Source: an uncultured virus (IMG/VR IMGVR_UViG_3300043395_001428) (lineage: Duplodnaviria; Heunggongvirae; Uroviricota; Caudoviricetes). From it: a stretch of 64,000 nt of DNA. The notes beneath the pieces are model-generated. The model saw only the letters and a program-made list of their open reading frames with translations. It was not told the origin of the DNA and did no database searches. Of the stretch, positions 9,542-18,779 are shown in pieces. The stretch is taken from the IMG/VR virus record IMGVR_UViG_3300043395_001428; one strand, given 5' to 3'. Position numbers and translations under genes: made by a program. How positions within the stretch are numbered: the first letter of the stretch is position 1; each line of letters begins with the position of its first letter.

Positions 9542-10792
9542 ATGAATAGTTATTGTTTGAATTTACACGAAAAATATGCACCCAATTGGGGCGTATGGGA
9601 ATGTGCAAGAGAGTTATTTGCCAATGCTAAAGATGCATCCCCTGACGAAATGGAAGTCCACACCATTGATGCGAATACTTTACAGATTTACACCCCGACC
9701 GTGCCAAATATAGCTGAACTTTTTATTATTGGTTGTGGCTCAAAATCTCAAGAAGATTCTAATATTGGGCAATTTGGCGAGGGATTGAAATTAACAGCAC
9801 TCGTAGCAACACGCAAACACGGCGGTTCACTTACCATCCAATTGCCTGACCAAACTATTACGTTTGCTATTCGTGAACATTTTGGACAACAAGTGTTATT
9901 TGCAGACGTGGACGATACCACCAATGATGAGGGCTGTTTATGTACGCTTGTTATGACGGGAGCGGGATATGTATTAAATGGAAAAGTCTTAGAAGATGCA
10001 GAATCGCACTCAATACCTAAAGACCCTGCATCCCCTGTCCAGATTTTTTGTAAAGGTATTTGGATTGCCGCGCTGGATGTAAAAGATGCCCTATTCTCGT
10101 ACAACCTAAATGACATCGAACTAAATCGCGACCGATCCCACGCAGACCCATATTCGATTCGCACAGCGGTTGCTCGACTACTTGATGACACGATGGATGA
10201 TGAAATGGCCAATCAGTTAATTCATAATGGACACTCGTGGGAATCGGACGCTTGTGTTAACCGTTGGAATTTATCGACACCATCCCGCGACGCTCTAGCT
10301 TCAGCGATGTTTCGTAAATATGGCGAAAAAGTAGTATTAAATACAGGGCCAGACAGCGCGACCGCCGCAGAGGAATTGGGCTACAAAGTTGTCCATTTAG
10401 GTGATGGTGTTCGAGAGGCGTTAGTGGGTAAAGTACCACTAGATAGCGAAGTGCTTGCAAGACAGTCTGGTTTAAGCGAAGTAGCCCCACGCGGTAGGCA
10501 TATAGAAATGTTAGACGAATGCAATAAGTTAATCACAATGGTCAATGTACCTGCCGCTATTAAACTGTTTGCCGATACAGTTGGGGGTATTTTAGGCAAA
10601 GCAGATACAGACACGCAGACCATTTGGCTAAATGAGCGCCTCTTTCATACCGACAACCGTTTTGAGCGGATTCGGACAGTTATTCACGAGCTAGCACATA
10701 TTCAATCAGGCGGTTCGGATATATCTCGTAGCTTTGAAAACTCGTTAGATTTGATTGGGGGGCAACTAGCAATTATTGCATTAGACAAATGA
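9542..10792 (+). CDS. GHKL ATPase fused to a C-terminal HExxH metallopeptidase-like domain
   Basis: RELFANAKD (ExxxNxxD), IGQFGEGLK, VIHELAH. Confidence 0.7.
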   Translation: MNSYCLNLHEKYAPNWGVWECARELFANAKDASPDEMEVHTIDANTLQIYTPTVPNIAELFIIGCGSKSQEDSNIGQFGEGLKLTALVATRKHGGSLTIQLPDQTITFAIREHFGQQVLFADVDDTTNDEGCLCTLVMTGAGYVLNGKVLEDAESHSIPKDPASPVQIFCKGIWIAALDVKDALFSYNLNDIELNRDRSHADPYSIRTAVARLLDDTMDDEMANQLIHNGHSWESDACVNRWNLSTPSRDALASAMFRKYGEKVVLNTGPDSATAAEELGYKVVHLGDGVREALVGKVPLDSEVLARQSGLSEVAPRGRHIEMLDECNKLITMVNVPAAIKLFADTVGGILGKADTDTQTIWLNERLFHTDNRFERIRTVIHELAHIQSGGSDISRSFENSLDLIGGQLAIIALDK

Positions 10793-10804
10793 GCAAATGG
10801 GCTA

Positions 10805-10846
10805 AAGTTACGTCGGGTTGATGAGTAACTTCGTGAGGTTGAGAGG
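10805..10846 (+). repeat. element A, 5'-truncated copy 6
   Basis: Identical to copy 5 from AAGTTAC to GAGGTTGAGAGG. Confidence 0.85.
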
Positions 10847-10850
10847 CGTA

Positions 10851-11123
10851 ATGGAATTACCAGTGTTATACGACAACTTGGAATGGCACGAACGTAGAGC
10901 TGTGCGTGATGCCTATATCGAGCATCAACAAGGCTTATGTTATTGGTGTAACCAATCACTAGATACCGAACCAATTCAAACCCAAGACATTAACCTGCGC
11001 TTATTTCCAAAAGGTTTTTTTAATTATCCTGTTCATTTACAACATTGCCGAAAAACAGGATTAACTGAAGGCGCCGTACACGCCTATTGCAACGCAGTTA
11101 TGTGGCAATACCATCACCGATGA
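10851..11123 (+). CDS. Endonuclease VII-like small nuclease
   Basis: QQGLCYWC...HLQHC..TG...GAVHAYCN. Confidence 0.7.
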   Translation: MELPVLYDNLEWHERRAVRDAYIEHQQGLCYWCNQSLDTEPIQTQDINLRLFPKGFFNYPVHLQHCRKTGLTEGAVHAYCNAVMWQYHHR

Positions 11124-11521
11124 ACAAATGGGCTAAAGTTACAAGGGACGCTTCACATCTATCCATCCAAAAGGAACTGCGTAAGTTCGGCTATTGCGTA
11201 GTTGACCTTGCAGGCGTAGGTGATGATGTGCCTGATTTGCTCGTAGCATCGCCTACAACGTGTTGTTTGGTCGAAATCAAGGAATCCGTCGAATCGTTGC
11301 TGTTTGTGTCTCAAATCGCTTGGATCGCCCGTTATCCGCATAATGTGATGATAGCCCTAACCGTTGAGGACATCGTGGATGCAATGCGGAACGAATTTTT
11401 CCTACGCCAGTTGGACAAAGACAAGATGCTTCAAATTGCTACGGCTCAAGAAATTAAATCAAAAGCCGACAAGCCTCAAATGAGCGTGAAACGTCTAAGG
11501 AAGTTGATGAATGAAGTGTAA
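11120..11521 (+). CDS. PD-(D/E)xK nuclease (VRR-NUC / Holliday-junction resolvase-like)
   Basis: VPDLLV...LVEIK. Confidence 0.7.
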   Translation: MNKWAKVTRDASHLSIQKELRKFGYCVVDLAGVGDDVPDLLVASPTTCCLVEIKESVESLLFVSQIAWIARYPHNVMIALTVEDIVDAMRNEFFLRQLDKDKMLQIATAQEIKSKADKPQMSVKRLRKLMNEV

Positions 11522-11638
11522 GTACAAAGGTTGCAATAAGGATTGCCACGTTACTATCTTTGGAAAAGTTAGGGCGTTCTGTAAAAAACACCTTGACTAC
11601 TTTAGAAATTGGCAGGCTAAAAATAAGTTCAGGAAATT

Positions 11639-11911
11639 ATGATCGAACAAACAAAAACAACTGAAGTCCAACTCTGCACCCTTTGTGAAGAATATGATGA
11701 TGTCTGTGGACACGACCTTCCTTACCCCGGCTATCGCTGTAACCTCTGCCGCTATGTCCACTCTCTTAATTCAGATGCTATGAAGTGCTGTATGGACTTG
11801 GTTTCCAAAGCTGTGATTGACGAAGAAGCCCATCTCGCCAAAGAGAAAAAAGCTCCAAAGGCTGAAGATGAGATTCCTGTTGCTATCTTACAAGGCAAGA
11901 GGGATAAGTAG
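11639..11911 (+). CDS. Cys-rich hypothetical protein
   Basis: AGGA RBS; two CxxC motifs. Confidence 0.6.
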   Translation: MIEQTKTTEVQLCTLCEEYDDVCGHDLPYPGYRCNLCRYVHSLNSDAMKCCMDLVSKAVIDEEAHLAKEKKAPKAEDEIPVAILQGKRDK

Positions 11912-11914
11912 GAA

Positions 11915-11966
11915 ATTAAGAGTTGAGTGATGTCGAGTTGGGTTGATGAGTAACTTCGTAAGGTTG
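11915..11966 (+). repeat. element A, copy 7
   Basis: AAGAGTTGA-N33-AAGGTTG. Confidence 0.85.
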
Positions 11967-12042
11967 GGAAGGGGAATAATCTTGAATTATTTCATAAATC
12001 AGTGTATTTTTATTTGCACTGTAACGAAAAAGTGTTACAATT

Positions 12043-12843
12043 ATGATTGTGGGATTTAGCAAACTATTCGCAGACATCATTCACTCTACTGTTTGGCGAG
12101 AACCAATGCACGTTAAAGTCGTATGGATTACGATGCTTGCAATGGCAGACCGTCACGGACAAGTTTTCGCATCCATTCCGGGGCTTGCCGATTCAGCAAA
12201 AGTGTCGTTAGAAGAATGCATCGAAGCACTAGAAGTGTTCTCGTCACCCGATAAATACAGCCGTACAAAGGATTATGAGGGTCGGCGGATTGTAGAAATA
12301 GACGGGGGTTGGCTACTGCTCAATTACGAAAAGTTTCGAGAACGGCGTGACGATGAGGAACAGCGCATACAAACCCGTGACCGAGTTCGTAGACACAGAG
12401 AAAAGGCTAAGGCGTTAAGTAACGATGTAACGGAAAGCGTTACTGAAACGCGATGTAACGACATAGCAGAGGCAGACACAGATACAGAACAGAATACAGA
12501 TGTCGTTTCAGAAATTTTTGAGTTCTGGAAATCAACAATGACATTGAATCAAAAAACACTACTCACACCTAAACGCCGTAAGGTTATCAAAGACAGGATC
12601 AAACAAGGCTATACCATTGAAAGAATCAAGAACGCTATCGTGGGTTGTTCATTGTCCCCCTTTCACAACGGACAGAACGACACCAATACGAAATACAATG
12701 ACATTGAACTAATCTGCCGTAGCGGAGAAAAGGTAGAGTTCTTTGAACAGAAGTTGAATGATAAACCACCATCATTGCCACAAGAAGAATTAGATGCGCG
12801 TGCCGCCGTTCGTGCAGGGATGGAGGCGATGAATGGAAGATGA
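12043..12843 (+). CDS. phage replication initiator / replisome organizer
   Basis: N-terminal wHTH-like domain, RVRRHR basic linker, low-complexity spacer, C-terminal helical domain; directly precedes the helicase. Confidence 0.75.
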   Translation: MIVGFSKLFADIIHSTVWREPMHVKVVWITMLAMADRHGQVFASIPGLADSAKVSLEECIEALEVFSSPDKYSRTKDYEGRRIVEIDGGWLLLNYEKFRERRDDEEQRIQTRDRVRRHREKAKALSNDVTESVTETRCNDIAEADTDTEQNTDVVSEIFEFWKSTMTLNQKTLLTPKRRKVIKDRIKQGYTIERIKNAIVGCSLSPFHNGQNDTNTKYNDIELICRSGEKVEFFEQKLNDKPPSLPQEELDARAAVRAGMEAMNGR

Positions 12844-13801
12844 GATGTTAAAGGGTGTTTTCGCCCCTGAAGATTTCGCTGACAAGATTGAGGAAATGCG
12901 CGTTACAGGATTGCCTCGCGGACTCTCGACGGGGTGGAAAGAAATGGATGCGTGTTACACCGTCAAAAAAGGTCTATGGAGTGTGGTGACGGGATTATCA
13001 GGTTCGGGCAAATCAACGTGGCTCGATAATGTATTCATCAATATGGCAAAAGAACACGGTTGGAAGTTTCTTGTGTGTTCGCCTGAGAATCAACCAATGG
13101 AACGCCACGTAGCATCATTGATGGAAATTTATTCAGGGCGTAAATTTGGGCGACCCAATGCCGACTATCCTAATATTCCCTCAGCTTCGTATATGACGGA
13201 AGATGAACACCGACTGTCTGCCAAGTTTATCAATGACCATTTTCGATTCATAAATCCGCCTGACGCAGAAATGACCATCGACGGCATTATTGCCCTTGCA
13301 GGTGAGGCGTATAAAAACTTTAAGTTTGACGGAATGGTACTTGACCCCTACAACGAGATTGAACATAAACGCCCACAAGGGATGAGCGAGACAGATTATA
13401 TCTCAGTTGTCATTACACGTTTCCGACGTTTCACTAGACAACTTGATATTCATTTTTGGTTTGTGGCTCACCCGACCAAACCCACAAGGCTGTCTATCAA
13501 ACACCAAAGTAGCGAGACAGGACTTACCGACCAAAGGGCAATTTTCCAACGCATCAATCTTTTTGACATCGCAGGCAGTTCCCATTGGAAAAGTAAGTGT
13601 GACTTTGGATTGATAGTACACCGTGATTTTACTGACCCTGCTGCGCCAAGTGTTGTCGAAGTAGAAAAGGTGCGTTTCCGTGAACACGGTACGTCTGGCA
13701 AAGAAGTTTCGATGTACTACGATTATCTGTGTAACCGATTTGTAGTGCAGTCTGGCGATCTATTATGGAATAAATTACGATGCGAATCACAGAGATATTA
13801 G
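12833..13801 (+). CDS. replicative helicase, SF4 (DnaB/Twinkle-like)
   Basis: Walker A GLSGSGKS, SPEN, VLDPY, VAHP, IAGSS motifs. Confidence 0.9.
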   Translation: MEDEMLKGVFAPEDFADKIEEMRVTGLPRGLSTGWKEMDACYTVKKGLWSVVTGLSGSGKSTWLDNVFINMAKEHGWKFLVCSPENQPMERHVASLMEIYSGRKFGRPNADYPNIPSASYMTEDEHRLSAKFINDHFRFINPPDAEMTIDGIIALAGEAYKNFKFDGMVLDPYNEIEHKRPQGMSETDYISVVITRFRRFTRQLDIHFWFVAHPTKPTRLSIKHQSSETGLTDQRAIFQRINLFDIAGSSHWKSKCDFGLIVHRDFTDPAAPSVVEVEKVRFREHGTSGKEVSMYYDYLCNRFVVQSGDLLWNKLRCESQRY

Positions 13802-14724
13802 GAGAGTTCTTTCCTGATGAAGATGAACCCATCTATTTGCGGTCGTTTGACCCAAAGCATTTGCCTGTGCATTTGAAAGGTCATCCACACGTTATCGAAA
13901 CGTGCAGACACGCTTTGGCAACTGATAGAGCGTTACAAGCCAAATTGACAGACATCAACAAGACTCAAGGCATTTACTTTGTGGTCAACTCAGGTGGTAA
14001 CACTGACGCTAGTATCAATCGTATCAACGCGATTTTTTGTGAGATAGATGATAAGCCTATCGTGGAACAACACGATATTTTGGATAACCAATCTCCGTGG
14101 AGTCCGAGTATTCGCATCGAGACAAAGCATAGTGTCCACGCCTATTGGTTATTAGCGGAATCTATCACAACCGAAAATTTCACTGAATTACAACAAGGTT
14201 TGATTGCATTTTATCAGTCTGACAAATCCATCAAGAATCTTAGTCGCGTGATGCGCGTACCATTTTTCAACTATGTGCATTACGACAACGGATACAGTTA
14301 TCAGCCGATACGAGTTCACACGTTCCGTCCTGATTGGCGATACACATTGGCAGAATTGCGAGAAGGGTTTCCATTTTCACCGCCTCCAAAATATGTTGAA
14401 CAATACCGCAAACCACCAACACACTTGCGCACATTAGAAGATGTAAAAGCAGAATGTCGCGCAAGAATAATGGAGATGCCAAGTTGGTCGGCTAGAGGTA
14501 AATGGGGTTGTGCAAATGGGGTGTGTCACGGCGGTAAAGGGGATACAGGTTTGCGCATTGATTTGGCATCAGGTGCGATTACGTGTTGGTCGGATTGTTC
14601 ATTGGAACAAATCTTGGGTGCGTTCGGGTTGGAAATCCCACGCAAGGATGATAGGAAGTTTGAGTATGTGCCAAAGCCTGAACAGAAGTCAGAATTGTAC
14701 AGATGGTTAAAGGAGAACAAATGA
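13780..14724 (+). CDS. RepB-type (AEP superfamily) DNA primase
   Basis: IYFVVN, FCEID, HAYW, SRVMRVP motifs; C-terminal Cys/His cluster. Confidence 0.8.
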   Translation: MRITEILGEFFPDEDEPIYLRSFDPKHLPVHLKGHPHVIETCRHALATDRALQAKLTDINKTQGIYFVVNSGGNTDASINRINAIFCEIDDKPIVEQHDILDNQSPWSPSIRIETKHSVHAYWLLAESITTENFTELQQGLIAFYQSDKSIKNLSRVMRVPFFNYVHYDNGYSYQPIRVHTFRPDWRYTLAELREGFPFSPPPKYVEQYRKPPTHLRTLEDVKAECRARIMEMPSWSARGKWGCANGVCHGGKGDTGLRIDLASGAITCWSDCSLEQILGAFGLEIPRKDDRKFEYVPKPEQKSELYRWLKENK

Positions 14725-15221
14725 AATATACGATTTACACAGATGGGCTATGCGAACCAAACCCCGGTAAAGGTGCGTGGGGATTTTCCGTTTACGACCC
14801 TGATGGGAAATTACTTGTTGCTCAACACGGCTATATGAGTGACAACGAAACTAACAACACTGCCGAGTATCGAGCGATCATCGAGGCTCTTGTTTATTGC
14901 CACGAAGATGATACGAACGACTACGAAATCTTAACGGATTCTCAGCTTGTAGTGAAACAATTGAATGGTGAGTGGCAAGTGAAAAGCGAGAGGTTGCAAT
15001 CGTGGTATGACAATGCGAAAGACCTCATCGAACCTCACGTTACTATCGGTTGGGTCACAGGGTCAGAGAATCGCGCTGATGAGTTGACCCGGCTGGCTTA
15101 TGCCGAAGCGACGGGGCTGTATCCGCATCCACGAGAGAAGGGTAGTTATCACGTCAAGTTCACGCCTGTATCTAAGATGCCCGAAGTATTCAAACAACAC
15201 TTGGAGTTGCCACCTTTTTAA
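14721..15221 (+). CDS. rnhA: ribonuclease HI
   Basis: YTDG, TNNTAEY, TDSQLV, N.ADEL catalytic motifs. Confidence 0.9.
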   Translation: MKYTIYTDGLCEPNPGKGAWGFSVYDPDGKLLVAQHGYMSDNETNNTAEYRAIIEALVYCHEDDTNDYEILTDSQLVVKQLNGEWQVKSERLQSWYDNAKDLIEPHVTIGWVTGSENRADELTRLAYAEATGLYPHPREKGSYHVKFTPVSKMPEVFKQHLELPPF

Positions 15222-15232
15222 TCATTTTCTCA

Positions 15233-15261
15233 TTGACATAGATACGATATTATGCTATCGT
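15233..15261 (+). promoter_or_regulatory. sigma70-like promoter upstream of the tRNA-like RNA
   Basis: TTGACA-17-TATCGT with a TG extension; predicted start near 15268-15269. Confidence 0.6.
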
Positions 15262-15268
15262 ACTAGTT

Positions 15269-15350
15269 GTTGGGGTGAAGCGTAGCTTAATTGGTATAAG
15301 TGCCAAGCGCGGGAGATGAAGGTTCGAGTCCTTCCGTCACTCACCCCAAC
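15269..15350 (+). ncRNA. tRNA-like RNA lacking a normal anticodon arm
   Basis: 10-bp terminal stem, D-arm GCTT-AATTGGTAT-AAGT, T-arm GAAGG-TTCGAGT-CCTTC; only about 16 nt between the arms. Confidence 0.7.
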
Positions 15351-15369
15351 CCTTTTGATAGAAGAGATT

Positions 15370-15957
15370 ATGCCAACAGGATACACACATAAAATTAAAG
15401 ACGGACAAAGTTTTAACGAATTTCTTTGGAGGTGCGCGAGAGCGTTTGGGGCTTGCGTTACGATGCGAGACGATTCAAACGACACCCCTATCCCCGACAA
15501 ATTTGAAATCAGCCAATACTACGTTGAAGCCCTTGCCGATAAAAGGGCGTTAGTTGAGTTGTTAGAAAAGCTGACGGATGCCGAGTGGCAAGAACGGCTT
15601 GATTCTGATTACGACGAAAGCGTGAAGTCTTATGAACAGCGCGTTGTTGACAATCTACAACTCCGTTCGCGGTATCAAGAAATGTTGGGACAAGTTCAAG
15701 AATGGACACCACCAACAAGCGAACACGAAGGACTAAAAACTTTTATGATCGAGCAAATCGAAGATTCTATGAAGTTTGATTGCTACGAACCGATACGTCC
15801 TGAAAAATTGGCATTGGAAGAGTTTAAGACGGAGCAATTACAATCGGCAAAGCGCAGTTTGGGATATTCTCAGGAAAATTTGCAAGAAGAGATTGACCGC
15901 GTGAACGGTCGCAACAAATGGATACAAGCGTTGCGTGACAGTGTTCCGCCTCAATAG
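15370..15957 (+). CDS. hypothetical phage protein (MPTGYT N-terminus)
   Basis: MPTGYT...CARAFGA..MRD and WTPPTSEH motifs. Confidence 0.75.
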   Translation: MPTGYTHKIKDGQSFNEFLWRCARAFGACVTMRDDSNDTPIPDKFEISQYYVEALADKRALVELLEKLTDAEWQERLDSDYDESVKSYEQRVVDNLQLRSRYQEMLGQVQEWTPPTSEHEGLKTFMIEQIEDSMKFDCYEPIRPEKLALEEFKTEQLQSAKRSLGYSQENLQEEIDRVNGRNKWIQALRDSVPPQ

Positions 15958-15964
15958 AAGAGAT

Positions 15965-16207
15965 ATGCTAACTGACAAAGATGCGTGGATGCGCACCAAA
16001 CCTATGAAACAGCTATATTACATACACGGTGACGATATGAAGTCAGTTCCTAAAACCGAGAACCGCGTCAAATCCGTCAGCCCGATATTCTACGATTCCA
16101 AGCGTGATTGTAAGATTGCCTTTAAAGAATATTGCACACAACGGGCACAGTTTTATTTGAACAAGGTTAGAGAGTTGGAGTACGACATTGCATTTGGAGA
16201 GGAATGA
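15965..16207 (+). CDS. hypothetical protein
   Basis: Compact operon spacing. Confidence 0.55.
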   Translation: MLTDKDAWMRTKPMKQLYYIHGDDMKSVPKTENRVKSVSPIFYDSKRDCKIAFKEYCTQRAQFYLNKVRELEYDIAFGEE

Positions 16208-16419
16208 TGAATACAGCAACAGTACAGCGATTTAAGTCTAGTGGAAAGTTTTATGACGAGGAAGTGTGGCAGACGGACTGTGAAACGTGTGCGCAGTTTT
16301 TTGACCGTATTAAATGGGAGGCAAATAGTTCGGCAAATCAAAGTGACTTTATTTATCTCGTGACGGGCGAAGGAACTATTCCTAATTTACATCCGAAGTT
16401 GTTTTTCAAGGTTGTATGA
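16204..16419 (+). CDS. hypothetical protein
   Basis: GGAGAGG RBS; FKSSGKFY motif. Confidence 0.6.
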   Translation: MMNTATVQRFKSSGKFYDEEVWQTDCETCAQFFDRIKWEANSSANQSDFIYLVTGEGTIPNLHPKLFFKVV

Positions 16420-16772
16420 TACGCAAATCCCCCAACAGGACTAAGCCATACAAAGGCTTTGGTCGGTCAAAGCCGATGAACAAGATTGGCAAGTCAGCAC
16501 GCGCGACTGACAGGGTAAAATGGCAACGCAATCTGTCAGCATATTGGCAAGAACGTGGGATGCCGTCTTATTGCGAGATTCGGTCGGTGCATTGCATTAA
16601 CATATTCCTCAGCCCTGCTCATAGCAAAGACAGGCGAGATATTTACACTGAGGAAGATTTCTTTGAAATCGTGTGGGCGTGTGAGAAGTGCCACTTTTGG
16701 GCAGATAGGAATATTGCCAAAGACGATAGATTGACGCTGTTTAAGGCGATCATTGAGGCAAGAGGCAACTAG
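16416..16772 (+). CDS. HNH-like zinc nuclease-family protein
   Basis: C....C...AH...ACEKCH. Confidence 0.55.
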   Translation: MIRKSPNRTKPYKGFGRSKPMNKIGKSARATDRVKWQRNLSAYWQERGMPSYCEIRSVHCINIFLSPAHSKDRRDIYTEEDFFEIVWACEKCHFWADRNIAKDDRLTLFKAIIEARGN

Positions 16773-16780
16773 GAGAGAAT

Positions 16781-17065
16781 ATGAGTTTACTAGACCGTGA
16801 AAATTTCATTGAGATACTTGAACAGTTGCGAACAAGGCAATGTGCATATTCACACGATAAGCAAGCACCAATATGCGACTGCAAGTTTCACCACTTAGGG
16901 GCAAAACTAACTACCAAGAGTGAGGTTAGTAACGGATGTCCTGAATTGTTGTGGATTATCATTCACCTAAAAGGAATGAGCGATAAAGAATACGAAAAGT
17001 TTAGATTAGGTGGTCGTAAGCGAATTAAGCCCTCTAAACGCACAAAAACAAAGCTACCCTACTGA
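16781..17065 (+). CDS. hypothetical protein
   Basis: AGGAG RBS. Confidence 0.65.
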   Translation: MSLLDRENFIEILEQLRTRQCAYSHDKQAPICDCKFHHLGAKLTTKSEVSNGCPELLWIIIHLKGMSDKEYEKFRLGGRKRIKPSKRTKTKLPY

Positions 17066-17125
17066 TGGGGTGTTTTAGCCGAGAAACGCGGTCAGAGGAC
17101 TTAGAATGCGTCAGAAACGGTACAT

Positions 17126-17168
17126 ACGCTTCACAACCTAACGACGTTACTCATCAATAACTTCAATT
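17126..17168 (-). repeat. element A, inverted and internally deleted copy
   Basis: Reverse complement reads TGAAGTTA-TTGATGAGTAACGTCGTTAGGTTGTGAAGCGT. Confidence 0.7.
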
Positions 17169-17358
17169 GCAGACTTGACAATTATCCTACATTATGTAAT
17201 CATACCAATATGACACCCGAAGAAATACTAGACCTGATAGAAATATACACCCCACTAGACGGACAAGAAGAATACTTACGTTATCTGCACTCAGAATATA
17301 AGCGCATAACAGGGAGAGACGTGACGGAGTGGAAGGGAAGTGACACAAAGGTGAAATT

Positions 17359-18003
17359 ATGAAAGAACGACCAATACTTTTCAGCGGCGAGATGGTGCGA
17401 GCGATACTCGACGGACGAAAGACGATGACTCGGCGGGTTGTGCCGAACGGGCCGTTTATCGAAACGGACGGCGTGAAAGGCAGTCTGTCAGACACAATTC
17501 ACCAGTGCCAAAAGATTAGCACGGTTTCTAGGTGTCCATACGGCAAAGTCGGTGATCGGCTTTGGGTTCGGGAAACATGTTACATCGACCTGCTCGGTTG
17601 TGCTAATCGTGAGCGTCTAGCCGAAGAGCCGCCCGAAGGCAACATCAAAGAGTTTATCTACTACCGAGCGGATGGTGAGTGTTGTGAACAAATTCCTGAG
17701 TGTCAATGTGGGGACGTTGGGAAACCAAAGTGGCGACCATCTACCCATATGCCGCGTTGGGCATCCCGAATCACGCTCGAAATAACGAACGTGAGCGTCG
17801 AACGTTTGAATGAGATTTCGGAAGTTGATGCGAAGGCAGAGGGTATACGGCTAATTGAAGGCGAGCCGATGTATGCCGATGAGCCAATAGAACGGTACTC
17901 GGCCGTAGCACAGTTCAAACACCTTTGGGACAAAATCAACGGCAAAAAACATCCGTGGGCGTCGAATCCTTGGGTTTGGGTTGTCGAGTTTAAGAAAATC
18001 TAA
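17359..18003 (+). CDS. ASCH/PUA-like phage protein
   Basis: MKERPILFSGEMVRAILDGRKTMTRR...GDRLWVRET...MPRWASRI...NPWVWVVEF. Confidence 0.8.
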   Translation: MKERPILFSGEMVRAILDGRKTMTRRVVPNGPFIETDGVKGSLSDTIHQCQKISTVSRCPYGKVGDRLWVRETCYIDLLGCANRERLAEEPPEGNIKEFIYYRADGECCEQIPECQCGDVGKPKWRPSTHMPRWASRITLEITNVSVERLNEISEVDAKAEGIRLIEGEPMYADEPIERYSAVAQFKHLWDKINGKKHPWASNPWVWVVEFKKI

Positions 18004-18012
18004 GGAGCAAAA

Positions 18013-18516
18013 ATGAAAATAACGCAACAGCAATTTGACGAATTAAAGGAACAAACAGACCTCGCGGCGGTACTCAGGGCGGTCGGCGTCGAGGTAAAGG
18101 ATGAGGCGTGGCCGAAGTGTGGGCATGCGTACTTTTACGTCGATCATTTCGGTATTATTTCATCTGCCATTTGGATGGGATCGCGTAGTGACCTCTACCT
18201 CCAATCCCTCAACAACGTCCACCGCACCCGCAAGGACGCAGAAAATTACAAGGCCACGACCATTCGCCGTTGGCAAGCGGAATGTGCTATCCGCAACTGG
18301 CGAGACAAGCATTGCCCGTTCGAGGAGGATTGGAAGAAAAGGGGACACCGAAAGTGGTGTAATGATTTTAACTATGAGAATAACAAGTGGCGTACAACCT
18401 ACTTCACCTATACCCTGCTCATCGGTCAAATCCAATTCGCCACCGAAGCCGACGCAAAGGCGTGCCTCGAAGCATTGCCGGATGAGTGGGAAGTTCTAAG
18501 GACGGTGGGAGGTTGA
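18013..18516 (+). CDS. hypothetical protein
   Basis: AAGGAG RBS. Confidence 0.7.
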   Translation: MKITQQQFDELKEQTDLAAVLRAVGVEVKDEAWPKCGHAYFYVDHFGIISSAIWMGSRSDLYLQSLNNVHRTRKDAENYKATTIRRWQAECAIRNWRDKHCPFEEDWKKRGHRKWCNDFNYENNKWRTTYFTYTLLIGQIQFATEADAKACLEALPDEWEVLRTVGG

Positions 18517-18520
18517 TATG
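18470..18520 (+). repeat. left-flank repeat B1 (also 19952-20002; partial 18766-18783)
   Basis: 51-bp near-identical repeat encoding ALPDEWEVLRTVGG-stop plus the next start codon. Confidence 0.9.
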
Positions 18521-18736
18521 ACGATGATAAAAAATGGAATTAGAATGGACGCGATAACGGTCGATGTTGCGGAAGATCGAGACATTGAGTTTATTGTTCG
18601 TGTAAACGGGACGATGGCAATCTTTCGGCTCACAGAGATTTTGAAATCTGCGTTGGGCAAATCAAAAGACTACGATGATGACAAACTTGAGTTTGTGCAA
18701 TCTCTGATAAATACAGGACACAGACTCACAAGCTAA
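18518..18736 (+). CDS. hypothetical protein (B1-B2 cassette 1)
   Basis: GGAGG RBS supplied by B1. Confidence 0.65.
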   Translation: MTMIKNGIRMDAITVDVAEDRDIEFIVRVNGTMAIFRLTEILKSALGKSKDYDDDKLEFVQSLINTGHRLTS

Positions 18737-18779
18737 CCGCGACCCGCTGCGTAAGAGGGAGTTTGAGGACGGTGGGAGG

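Noticed and set aside
15269..15350. Functional decoding tRNA
   Set aside because: No 5-bp stem/7-nt loop anticodon arm, and the CCA lies inside the terminal stem.
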